The translations under genes and the position numbers were made by a program. Of a DNA stretch of 64,000 nt, positions 19,027 to 28,460 are shown piece by piece. The DNA is from an uncultured virus (IMG/VR IMGVR_UViG_3300001525_000355) (Duplodnaviria > Heunggongvirae > Uroviricota > Caudoviricetes): IMG/VR virus record IMGVR_UViG_3300001525_000355; one strand, given 5' to 3'. Every line of letters begins with the position of its first letter. The first letter of the stretch is position 1. The notes under the pieces were generated by a model. It did no database searches. It saw nothing but the letters and a program-made list of their open reading frames with translations, and was not told the origin of the DNA.

Positions 19027-19389
19027 TTAATTCTTCTTTTTCAAGATATCTACAAATATAGATCCTGATTCCTGAACAACATTTACTTTATCAGCATAAA
19101 CAAATTCATGTTCAAATTCTTTAATTAATAACATTACACTATCAATATTTTTAAGTTTACCATTGACTGATGTTTTAATTTGATATAAAAATCTATAATG
19201 ATCTACATCACCAAATTTTACCAATGACATGTATAAAACTACATCAGGAGAGTTATACATTGTTCCGTTATTGGTAGCCTTATCAATACAATCACAGATA
19301 TCTGTGGTATAAAGTGATTCTGGATCTATACTCTGAAGTTTATCTAATACTTTTCTGGTCTGAAGACCTAAGTTAAATTTAATAGCCAT
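19027..19389 (-). CDS. hypothetical protein
   Basis: 120-aa ORF in the operon. Confidence 0.6.
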   Translation of the reverse strand: MAIKFNLGLQTRKVLDKLQSIDPESLYTTDICDCIDKATNNGTMYNSPDVVLYMSLVKFGDVDHYRFLYQIKTSVNGKLKNIDSVMLLIKEFEHEFVYADKVNVVQESGSIFVDILKKKN

Positions 19390-19485
19390 AGTTTCGAAAT
19401 CCCATTATAAGATACTAAAAGAAATACGGTTATATAGCGTAATTTCCACTAAGATTTTCATTTTTTCTTTAAGAAATCTTATGTA

Positions 19486-20457
19486 TCAATATAATTTTAC
19501 AGCTTGTTGATTTCCGACACCGAAATCTTTACCAAATCTATTATATACAATATCAATAGAAGATGCCATTGTAGCATCTTTTATAAATCTTTTATAATGC
19601 CATTGTTGCTTATCAGCATCACTTAAAATATGAACATCTGCATTATATATGGATCTATCAAAACAAACAGATTTTAATAATTCACCATAAGAAAATGTAC
19701 AACCGCTTGCATATACATTTGCTTTATTATTGAGATTTAGAGAATCATTTACATAACAACCAAGAATATCAAAATTACCTTCACTCAATATAATTGTATT
19801 TGAATCCGGTCTATTGAGATCTATTTCATAATAATCCAAAAATTTTTCACTATCCCTTTGTAGAAATATCTTTCTAAACTTAATTTCTGTTTTTGGATTG
19901 ATATTTCTACAATACAACATTGTATGATGCTTACTAAGAAATACTACAAAATTGTGTTGTAATAATGTAATTTCCCATTTTGACATTTTCAGATCTTTAA
20001 TCGGATCCAAATCATTCAAACTAAAAAATTCATCCAAATCAAATATAAGATTGGGTATCTTGATTATATCAATCTTATTAAAAGTTCTAGTTTTCATATA
20101 AGCTTCTTTATATGGAAACTTAGAAGGTATCAAAACTGGTAATTTATAAGTTCTAGTCTTTGTTGATTTTTGACTACTATAACTTTTTCTCTTATTCTTA
20201 CTATCTATCTTGATAATCTTCTCATCATTTTTACCAGTTAAATCGAATAAGAGTCTGGTAATTGGAACCGAGTTGTTACACAACCAACAATGACAAACTG
20301 GTATATTTTCGTCTTTCGATACATAAAGATGCCCTCGTTTTGCAACATTATGATGGTCCCCACAGAAAGGGCATGCACAAATAAAATTTTTAGTTGTTTC
20401 TTTTACATAAATCTTAGATGATTTTAAAATATTTCGAATCTCATCTAAATTAATCAT
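19486..20457 (-). CDS. DNA primase (Zn finger plus TOPRIM)
   Basis: CPFCGD...CHCWLC zinc finger; LSEGNFD...SDAD TOPRIM motifs; KDFG. Confidence 0.85.
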   Translation of the reverse strand: MINLDEIRNILKSSKIYVKETTKNFICACPFCGDHHNVAKRGHLYVSKDENIPVCHCWLCNNSVPITRLLFDLTGKNDEKIIKIDSKNKRKSYSSQKSTKTRTYKLPVLIPSKFPYKEAYMKTRTFNKIDIIKIPNLIFDLDEFFSLNDLDPIKDLKMSKWEITLLQHNFVVFLSKHHTMLYCRNINPKTEIKFRKIFLQRDSEKFLDYYEIDLNRPDSNTIILSEGNFDILGCYVNDSLNLNNKANVYASGCTFSYGELLKSVCFDRSIYNADVHILSDADKQQWHYKRFIKDATMASSIDIVYNRFGKDFGVGNQQAVKLY

Positions 20458-21043
20458 TAATACTAAACCAATCTTGTCTATTGTAATTTTTTGTTTTCAA
20501 AAATTCAACTATACTTTTAGATTGTTCTTCTGTCAAACCAGTCAATACATCAGTTTGAAAATAATGATTTCCAAATCTTTTCATTCCATCACATTCATCA
20601 TCTATAATTACAAAATTACGAATATTATACCACGGTCCAATATTAAATGGTCTTATACTCAATGGTTTTGATGAAAGATATTTATTTCTTTCATTATCAT
20701 TTAACCATAAATGAATTTCATCAGATCTTGTAGATGAAAATTTCTTTGGAGTTTTTCCGATTATTCCGGGAAACCATTCTTGTTTTTCTAAATATAATCT
20801 TGGATTCTTCCAATGCTGCCAAGATGGATTTTCTTCAAATCTCCAACTAGTAGACCATACAATTCTAAGATTCTTTGTATTATCAACAATATACTTAAAA
20901 TATTGTAAATTATCTTTTGATATTGGAGTTTTTCTATTTACATAATTATCTTCCCCACCTTCATAACATTCACCCAATGGAGAATGATTTAAGACACTAT
21001 CAATATCAAGAAAAATAACATTAATATCAAATGGTATTGGCAT
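20450..21043 (-). CDS. HAD-superfamily (HAD_SAK_2-like) phosphatase
   Basis: IFLDIDSVLN, WSTSWR and FVIIDDE motifs; start uncertain (21043 or 21049). Confidence 0.8.
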   Translation of the reverse strand: MPIPFDINVIFLDIDSVLNHSPLGECYEGGEDNYVNRKTPISKDNLQYFKYIVDNTKNLRIVWSTSWRFEENPSWQHWKNPRLYLEKQEWFPGIIGKTPKKFSSTRSDEIHLWLNDNERNKYLSSKPLSIRPFNIGPWYNIRNFVIIDDECDGMKRFGNHYFQTDVLTGLTEEQSKSIVEFLKTKNYNRQDWFSIND

Positions 21044-21413
21044 ATTCATTTTTCCATTCCTCACAACAAATTCCATTTTTGGTAAACCAATCAGATACTA
21101 AATGTCTATGACAAAATTCATCTGGTTTTTCATAACATATCATTACAAAATTTAAAGATTCGTCAGCCAAATTGTACAAATCTTGATATACTTGTTCTGG
21201 ATTTAATTTGCTAAGAATTTCTGAAATATAACGATTAATGTATATATCACATTGTCCAGTTTCTTTGTACTGACTATAGATAGACCAAGAGGGTGCCAAT
21301 TTTTTATACCATAAACCATGATAATAGTCAGGAATACCACCACAAATAGCTATGGGAATTAGACCATTTTGATCTAATTCCTTTAATTTTCCAAAATATG
21401 ATGTAAAAATCAT
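21027..21413 (-). CDS. DUF488-family protein
   Basis: MIFTSYF...KKLAPSW...ICYEKPDEFCHRHLV signature. Confidence 0.8.
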   Translation of the reverse strand: MIFTSYFGKLKELDQNGLIPIAICGGIPDYYHGLWYKKLAPSWSIYSQYKETGQCDIYINRYISEILSKLNPEQVYQDLYNLADESLNFVMICYEKPDEFCHRHLVSDWFTKNGICCEEWKNEYANTI

Positions 21414-22405
21414 TTAGACATTCCTATGAGTTTACAATATGTCAATCCAGCATATAAAGTATCATAAAACATTGCCATGAAGTTATGATCTTTATTAAAT
21501 GACATCTCATCTCTGTTAGAGTAATAATTAATCTTGATCTTAGCCCAAGACGGAATTGTATCCATAGTAAACAGAGTTGTATAGATCTTATTTACATCAG
21601 GCTTATTTTGATTATTATTGAGTAAAGCAAGAACAGTAGGAAAGATTTTATTTGCTGTTGATTGTTGATTAGCTGTACCAATGCTATCACAAAGTTCTTG
21701 ATACAACCCAATAATCTTATTTTCTACAGTAACAAGATCTTCACTTCTTACTTTCTTTAACTCACCATCTTTTACATTCTTTTGAACAGTATTAACAATC
21801 TTTCTAACATCAGGAATAAGACTTGTAACTATGTGTTCTACAGCATCTCTTTCATATTTGACATTCTCATTCTTGAGAATCTTTTCAACAAAATCAATTA
21901 CAAAATCCTTTGGCATCATTTTCATTTCGAAAGTGGTACATCTGGATTGAGAAATTGGTTCAATAATCTTATGAATATAGTTACATGTCAATATAAATCT
22001 TCCATTATCAGCATAAGTCTCCATCATATTTCTCAATGCACTCTGCGCATTGGTTGTTAAATAATCTGCCTCATCAAAGTACACGATCTTAAACCTACTA
22101 CTCATAGGCGGAGACTGAAGAAACGGTTTAACAGTATCTCTAATATCATCAATACCATTGGTATCAGAACCATTCAAACAAAGAACATCAAGATCACTAT
22201 CAATAATTGAATCAATAAGAATTCTTGCCAATGTAGTTTTACCAGATCCTGGCGGACCAAAGAAAAGAACATGAGGAATTTCTTTCTTTGCAATACACTT
22301 TTCAAAAAATTCCTTTTGATCCTGATTCAATACAACATCATTAATTGTCTTCGGACGATATTTCTCAATCCAAAGTGAATTAAAAACATCATTTACATCT
22401 TGCAT
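21410..22405 (-). CDS. clamp loader large subunit (T4 gp44/RFC-like AAA+ ATPase)
   Basis: WIEKYRP, GPPGSGKTT, FDEADYLT and SQSRC motifs. Confidence 0.93.
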   Translation of the reverse strand: MQDVNDVFNSLWIEKYRPKTINDVVLNQDQKEFFEKCIAKKEIPHVLFFGPPGSGKTTLARILIDSIIDSDLDVLCLNGSDTNGIDDIRDTVKPFLQSPPMSSRFKIVYFDEADYLTTNAQSALRNMMETYADNGRFILTCNYIHKIIEPISQSRCTTFEMKMMPKDFVIDFVEKILKNENVKYERDAVEHIVTSLIPDVRKIVNTVQKNVKDGELKKVRSEDLVTVENKIIGLYQELCDSIGTANQQSTANKIFPTVLALLNNNQNKPDVNKIYTTLFTMDTIPSWAKIKINYYSNRDEMSFNKDHNFMAMFYDTLYAGLTYCKLIGMSK

Positions 22406-22439
22406 GAAAACCTTCTTTCTATTTCCTAATTTACTGTTT

Positions 22440-23117
22440 TTAGTTCAATTTAAATCGTTCAGATTCATTACCATGTACAGTAGCAAGTATATGATTAATT
22501 ACTACATATACATTTCTGTTTTCATCCATAAAATAATCAGCTTTTTCAAAATCATGAGATAATAATGAAAGTGCAACAAAATCTTTTTTAATGTGAGCCG
22601 GTTTACATTCTCTATTAACCTTTTTAATTAACCAAGAATTAATACCAAAATTACTTTTATCAGATACTTCTGGAATTCTCAGTCTGGCTCTGCTAATAGA
22701 ATGATTGGTTGCTACATATACTCTACTATTGATTGACATTCTTATACTAATGTCAGTCCACATTCTTTTATATAGAACGTTGTGTAAAGTGTCACTGTAA
22801 TTATTTTTAACAAAGATCAATTGGCTTGATTTTTTACCCTTACCAGAATAGAAAGTAAATTTGGTTGATTTGTACCATTTTAAAACATCTTTATGATATT
22901 TCATCATGTAGTACATGTAGATTTTATCAGGATCTTTAATGACTTCTAAATCATTATAGTTTCCTGTTTTTCTAATTCTTCCACATACACCATCTATGAT
23001 ATTCAACCAATTGTTTCTACTAAAATTGAAAAAACATTCTGTTCCAGGATATCCTTGATCTTTTAAAATACAAAAATGGTCAAAATTCTTCATTTTAAAA
23101 CCCATTTCGTGTTTCAT
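22440..23117 (-). CDS. hypothetical protein
   Basis: 225-aa ORF with an AAGGA RBS. Confidence 0.6.
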   Translation of the reverse strand: MKHEMGFKMKNFDHFCILKDQGYPGTECFFNFSRNNWLNIIDGVCGRIRKTGNYNDLEVIKDPDKIYMYYMMKYHKDVLKWYKSTKFTFYSGKGKKSSQLIFVKNNYSDTLHNVLYKRMWTDISIRMSINSRVYVATNHSISRARLRIPEVSDKSNFGINSWLIKKVNRECKPAHIKKDFVALSLLSHDFEKADYFMDENRNVYVVINHILATVHGNESERFKLN

Positions 23118-23128
23118 AGATTTTCCTT

Positions 23129-23734
23129 TTAGAATTTGATTATGTCGAAATTTCCGTTAATTATGTATTTATATGTTTTTAAAAAGTCATATAATTGTTT
23201 TGTAACTCTTACATCTTGTAAATTATATTCAAACAATTCTATAATTTTCTTTTGTCTAAATAATTCTACTGCATTACCACCACTACCATTTTTACCCTTA
23301 CCCAATGTAGCAATGGCAATACTATCCAATTTGTAAACACCCTTTTCATGGATATTAAAATTCTTTTTCATAGCAGAAAAAGTTTCCTGAATAGGTTTAT
23401 TTACAGTTCTATACAATCTCTTTTTAATTTCAATAAATATATCATAATTGGTCCAACTATATTTACCATTGGAAGAATTTCCATTCTCATCCAATTTATG
23501 ATTTTCTCCAAGCAAAACAGGCGAATCAAAATTAATACTGTTGAAACCAATTACAACATTACCATTAAGATATTGAAGCAATTCATCTTGATTGGTATAT
23601 GTCCAGAATTTATATTCATCATTATTATACGAATAAGTGACAGCAACAGACATTTTTAATAACCAGGGTTTTGTACCATCTGATATCTCATTAAACATCT
23701 TTTGTGTTTCAATATCTAAAACAATCTTGTCCAT
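23129..23734 (-). CDS. DEDD 3'-5' exonuclease (RNase_H_2/YprB-like)
   Basis: VLDIETQ, GFNSINFD, KLDSIA and YNLQDV motifs. Confidence 0.85.
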   Translation of the reverse strand: MDKIVLDIETQKMFNEISDGTKPWLLKMSVAVTYSYNNDEYKFWTYTNQDELLQYLNGNVVIGFNSINFDSPVLLGENHKLDENGNSSNGKYSWTNYDIFIEIKKRLYRTVNKPIQETFSAMKKNFNIHEKGVYKLDSIAIATLGKGKNGSGGNAVELFRQKKIIELFEYNLQDVRVTKQLYDFLKTYKYIINGNFDIIKF

Positions 23735-23766
23735 AACTAAAATCCTTCTTTTAGTAACTTATTTTA

Positions 23767-24537
23767 TTACTTCGTAACAATCTCTTTATCAAATCCGATC
23801 GGCGGATCATTAAAAATATCACAAACCCCACTGAAATCTCTATTATAATTGTATGGATAAATGAATTTCGGATTTTGAAGATTGCTATTGGTTACAGTCA
23901 TACTATTATTATCAATTTGTTTCTGACAGAATAATAATTCTTTTGTCCACAATATATGATTCTTTGTAAAATTCGATGATCCCATACATATATCAACGAA
24001 TTTTCCATAAGTCAATATATACAGCCATTCATTAAAACATTCTCTTTTAACTATATATGCATGAGATCCATTTGGATTTCTTGGTATATCAATTATCTTA
24101 TCAGTTACATTCTTGGCATTGGAATGTAAACTATTTCTTTTTTTAGTAGTTTTATATTTCACCCAGAATAATTCCGGATCTCCAATATAACCACTAAACT
24201 CACCATTTCTACCAAGAGATAACATATTCCATGATATATGATGATTATTTAAATCATTCAAAATATCATTGAATTTTTCAATAACATCTTTTCTTGGATA
24301 GGCATCATCTTCATAAACAATAATATATGGAAAATTACAAACCCTTGCCATCATCATCAAACCCATATGACTGAGTCTACAACCTTCATAACCCTTTTGT
24401 TGATGTCTGACACCCGGAAATATTCTTGGTTGTTCCAATCCAACAGATTGAAAGCATTTGGCAAAATACTTGTATCTATTTAAATTGCAAGTAATACAAA
24501 ATGCGTATTTATCAAGTTTGATATCTTCAGAATTCAT
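23767..24537 (-). CDS. glycosyltransferase family 25
   Basis: GCRLSH, IIVYEDDA and GSHAYIV motifs. Confidence 0.8.
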   Translation of the reverse strand: MNSEDIKLDKYAFCITCNLNRYKYFAKCFQSVGLEQPRIFPGVRHQQKGYEGCRLSHMGLMMMARVCNFPYIIVYEDDAYPRKDVIEKFNDILNDLNNHHISWNMLSLGRNGEFSGYIGDPELFWVKYKTTKKRNSLHSNAKNVTDKIIDIPRNPNGSHAYIVKRECFNEWLYILTYGKFVDICMGSSNFTKNHILWTKELLFCQKQIDNNSMTVTNSNLQNPKFIYPYNYNRDFSGVCDIFNDPPIGFDKEIVTK

Positions 24538-24542
24538 AATTT

Positions 24543-27500
24543 TTAGAAAAGAAGATCATTATCATTCTCAGATTCTTTCCATAATGGATTTAGCATAATG
24601 GAAACTCTGTCATCACAAGCATATGATAACATTTTCTTTGTATCAATAATAAAATAATCAGGAAGTTTCTCAACACCTTCAGGAGTACAGATATCTTTAG
24701 CATCAGCATTACTCCACTTCTTCACAAAAATATCATAATATCTCTTTTTGATATTTTCTGGTGCTTTATCTATATCAATACCAAGAATGTTCCAATACTT
24801 ACCCTTAGTACCATGTTTAAAATCTTCGATACCAGTAATATCATTCCACTTAATCATTGCCTTAACTTGGAATGGGAATACTTTATAATCTTTAATATCT
24901 TTAGAAAATGATACAACTCTTGCCATCTTTGCATCTTTTTCTTCAAGAAGTCTTAACATCTTATTTCTATATTCATTGACAATATTATCAAGAATTTCTT
25001 TTAACTGAAATTTTTTGACATTATCATCCATGATAGTATCAACTATCTTCTGTAATAATTCCTGAGATGCTTCTGGAATTTCAGATCTTTTAATTTCAAG
25101 ACCTTTAATATCAATATACGAAATATCATGTCCTTCTTGGGAAATTACTTTACTTGCATAATGCTTAGAACCTTCCAAACTATAATATCTACTAAACAAG
25201 AATTCATTCTTTAAATACATCATGCTTCTTTTTAGATTGATATTATGTCTTTGTAAAAGTTGCGGTAATGCAATCTTATTATAGAAATTTTGAAGTTTAC
25301 TTATCTTTTCATTAACTTCTTTACAATTTTTTAGTGGTAAATTATTCTTGACTAAATAATCAGTCAGATTTACCATGATACTATCTGTGTCGCCATAAAT
25401 GATTACATCATTTGGTTTTTCTGCTTTCTTTTCAAATCTTGGATCTATCGGATGATCAGATTCATTTATTATACCCTTTATATAAGAATATACTCTATTT
25501 GCTGCATACTTCAACATTTCTTGACCAGTTAAAGTAATAGTCTTACCCAAATCAGGACAATAGAATCTCCACCACTTTGCACCAAGAACACCATAAAGTG
25601 AGTTAGCAAGAGTCTTAAATGCTAACTGTTTATTATTAAACTCCAATGTCTGTTGTTTAAAACCCTTCTCTTTTGCTTCTAACATCTTCTTTTTATAAAG
25701 AGATCTAGAATCCATCAAATGAGTAAGAATCTCCACGTTAGCAGCTGTATGAATATCATGTCCACAAAATATAGTACCAGTAATACTTATCTGTGCATGA
25801 TACTTTTGTACAAATGCTTCAAATTGAGTTAAATCCCACTTTACTGTCTTTTTGGCATGAATCGGATCAAGTAAAACATCAAATTTCTTACCAATAAGAC
25901 CATTCTTATCAAAGATATAACATCTTGCTATATCTTCATTGACATTTGCAATATAAGTATCATTACCAATATTCCAAGTACAAATCGTGGTTGGATACAA
26001 TGATTTGTAGTCAAAGTCACAAAGAAGACCTTCAAATAATCCACCTACACAATCATATACATACGCACCAGGGAATTTTTCCTCAGGAACATCATACGTA
26101 TAGTTTCTAGAAATCATTCCCTTCTTTTTCAACATTGTTGCATACAAACCTTCTGCACAACCAATTGTTGAATTTGCACCAGATTGAGAAGTTGTAGATG
26201 TTCTTCTGATTTCATCTTGAAGTGAAATATGCTGCTCTGCTTGTTCAATTTCATAAATAAGTTGAGTATCAGTTTGAGAATATTTCATAAATTTCTCAAT
26301 ATTATCATGATACATATCATCAATTGATTCATCATGTTGGATTTTTTCTTTACCAAGAACAGTTGAAGCAATTGAGTTTAATGAATATGAAGGTTGAGTT
26401 TGCTGAACAAGATCTTTAAACAATTTTAACTGATCCATACAGTGATAACCAACAATCTGGTTTCTACCACTCTTGTCAGCATATACACAACCATATGGAG
26501 ATAATTCGTTTGGCTTGATTTCCAGATTACTCATTCTCTTTACAATATACGGAATATCGAATCCATTAATATTCCATCCTGCAAGAAAATCAATTGATGA
26601 TACATAGATCTTTTGAAAGAATGCTCTTAACATAGTTCTTTCATCATCAAATAATGTAATATACGGAAAATCCTTTATAAGATCTTTTACCCGACTATCA
26701 ATCTCACCCTTGAGATTTAACATATAAACATGAACTGAATCATTTTCATCATCCGTTCTAAATGAAATTGCTGTAATCGGATACTCTGCTTTATCTACAT
26801 TCGGAAATACATTCTTTCGATACTGATATGTTTCAATATCGAAAAACATAATATTATGTCTAATTACTGGAGCATCTGCTTTATTATTCAAATTATAATC
26901 TACGGCGTGTTGCATTTCAATACTAACATCACCACCATAGGCTCTGATAGATCTATTTCTATCCTTATATTTACCTACAACAAGTTTAAGTTTATCAATC
27001 TCATCAATAATTCGATTTGATTTAATTGCTTCATACCAATAGAAATTATTTTGATAAATCGGAAATTCAAAAAATTCCTTTTTATTATCTTTATCTCTAA
27101 AAATATAAATCAATTTATCTTCACCACTGATATATTGTATATCAACCAATCTGTATTGATCAGTATAATATTTCTCTGGTATTTTAACCGAATAATACTT
27201 ACTATGTGCGGTTTCTGGTTCTTTCTTAACCAAGATATCGGTTAATTCTTCAAAGCTCCCAAGAGTCGTAAAACCATATTTTGACATATCTATATCATAT
27301 GTCAAATCAATAATAAAAGAACGTTTCGGATTACATTTTGTTTTAATTGCAATCACATTACCAAAACAATTATTAGTACATTCTTTTAAATTGACATTAA
27401 AACCATGTTTGTCACATAAACATCTATCACAAATACCATACTTAATATCAGGTAATTTATCTTTAAAGAAATCAATTAATGATTCACCATTTTTATCAAA

Positions 27501-27623
27501 ATCACAAACAACCAATATATCCAGATCAGATATATCATTGTTATTACAAACAAAAGAAGTGTCACTATACTTCTTTGAGTCAATTAAAGGGCAACCGCCA
27601 CATTTTCCGTGTTTAGTCTTCAT
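24543..27623 (-). CDS. family B DNA polymerase with an N-terminal Cys-rich UDG-like domain
   Basis: Exonuclease motifs FDIET, GWNINGFDIPY and YSQTD; polymerase motifs DYKSLYP, KTLANSLYG and YGDTDS; N-terminal CGGCPL...DILVVCD...C...C. Confidence 0.95.
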   Translation of the reverse strand: MKTKHGKCGGCPLIDSKKYSDTSFVCNNNDISDLDILVVCDFDKNGESLIDFFKDKLPDIKYGICDRCLCDKHGFNVNLKECTNNCFGNVIAIKTKCNPKRSFIIDLTYDIDMSKYGFTTLGSFEELTDILVKKEPETAHSKYYSVKIPEKYYTDQYRLVDIQYISGEDKLIYIFRDKDNKKEFFEFPIYQNNFYWYEAIKSNRIIDEIDKLKLVVGKYKDRNRSIRAYGGDVSIEMQHAVDYNLNNKADAPVIRHNIMFFDIETYQYRKNVFPNVDKAEYPITAISFRTDDENDSVHVYMLNLKGEIDSRVKDLIKDFPYITLFDDERTMLRAFFQKIYVSSIDFLAGWNINGFDIPYIVKRMSNLEIKPNELSPYGCVYADKSGRNQIVGYHCMDQLKLFKDLVQQTQPSYSLNSIASTVLGKEKIQHDESIDDMYHDNIEKFMKYSQTDTQLIYEIEQAEQHISLQDEIRRTSTTSQSGANSTIGCAEGLYATMLKKKGMISRNYTYDVPEEKFPGAYVYDCVGGLFEGLLCDFDYKSLYPTTICTWNIGNDTYIANVNEDIARCYIFDKNGLIGKKFDVLLDPIHAKKTVKWDLTQFEAFVQKYHAQISITGTIFCGHDIHTAANVEILTHLMDSRSLYKKKMLEAKEKGFKQQTLEFNNKQLAFKTLANSLYGVLGAKWWRFYCPDLGKTITLTGQEMLKYAANRVYSYIKGIINESDHPIDPRFEKKAEKPNDVIIYGDTDSIMVNLTDYLVKNNLPLKNCKEVNEKISKLQNFYNKIALPQLLQRHNINLKRSMMYLKNEFLFSRYYSLEGSKHYASKVISQEGHDISYIDIKGLEIKRSEIPEASQELLQKIVDTIMDDNVKKFQLKEILDNIVNEYRNKMLRLLEEKDAKMARVVSFSKDIKDYKVFPFQVKAMIKWNDITGIEDFKHGTKGKYWNILGIDIDKAPENIKKRYYDIFVKKWSNADAKDICTPEGVEKLPDYFIIDTKKMLSYACDDRVSIMLNPLWKESENDNDLLF

Positions 27624-27915
27624 TTGTAAAAATCCTCGATGGTTTAGGTTTTTTCAGTTGACATCTTAACATTTCAGTCCGTCAAGTAACGCTCCTGCAG
27701 AATTAACTGCGCTCATTTACGTGGTGCGACGCGAAATACCAGATATTCAAAGTAAAAAAATCAATGCTATTTAGAGATATACTGTTTGTGGGAAGGGATC
27801 CCCGGCTTTACTAAAAGTAAGAGGTCGTTGAATGCAGCATATTAAAAATAGTTTCCACCACCGAGAATGTGAAATTGATTTTTAGTTCTTGCACAAATCG
27901 GTGAAGAAGAGGTAA

Positions 27916-27945
27916 ATGGTACCTGAACCGAAGTCCAGGTACCAT
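27916..27945 (-). terminator. UUCG-capped hairpin, probable terminator
   Basis: Minus strand reads ATGGTACCTGGAC-TTCG-GTTCAGGTACCAT, followed by TTACCTCTTCTT. Confidence 0.65.
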
Positions 27946-28121
27946 ACAACAACATATATAACAACAAAAAAGAAAATATATTACAAACTATCAAATACTA
28001 ATAGTGGTTAGATATCATAACAATATTAAACGGGTAATACTAAATTATCAAACAATCTAATACTAAATTATTAACATCTAATTTAATATATTTTATTGCG
28101 AATGATAAAATCAAGTATCAA

Positions 28122-28394
28122 TTACTTGACGATCTTATCATTTGCAATTGAAAGCTCACGCCACTCCTGAAGATTCTTGCGAAGAGCAAGCGACATCTTA
28201 CGGGCGCGACCGGCAGCAGCCTTGTTATCAAATCCCTTCTCAGCCTCATCAACAAACTTTGCAAAATCACTCTTGAGAAGAGTAATCGCATCAGTATAAG
28301 CAGATGTAGGATCAGGATCAGGTTCAGGATCCCGGAGCTTCTCAGGTGTGGGATTAGCCACAGTCACAGATTCATTTACAATTTCGTCAGCCAT
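28122..28394 (-). CDS. histone H1-like (Hc1 family) nucleoid protein
   Basis: FVDEAEKGFDNKAAAGRARKMSLALRKNLQEWRELS matches the NKAAGxRARKxSLxL family pattern; strong AAGGAG RBS. Confidence 0.75.
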   Translation of the reverse strand: MADEIVNESVTVANPTPEKLRDPEPDPDPTSAYTDAITLLKSDFAKFVDEAEKGFDNKAAAGRARKMSLALRKNLQEWRELSIANDKIVK

Positions 28395-28460
28395 TTTAAT
28401 GACTCCTTTTTGATTTTTAGTTTACTTAATTTTATTAAGAGGTTACAATTCATGAATCTT

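Noticed and set aside
15013..27623. Inteins in the helicase, clamp loader or polymerase
   Set aside because: Motif spacing is normal and no C...HN-(C/S/T) boundaries or LAGLIDADG blocks were seen.
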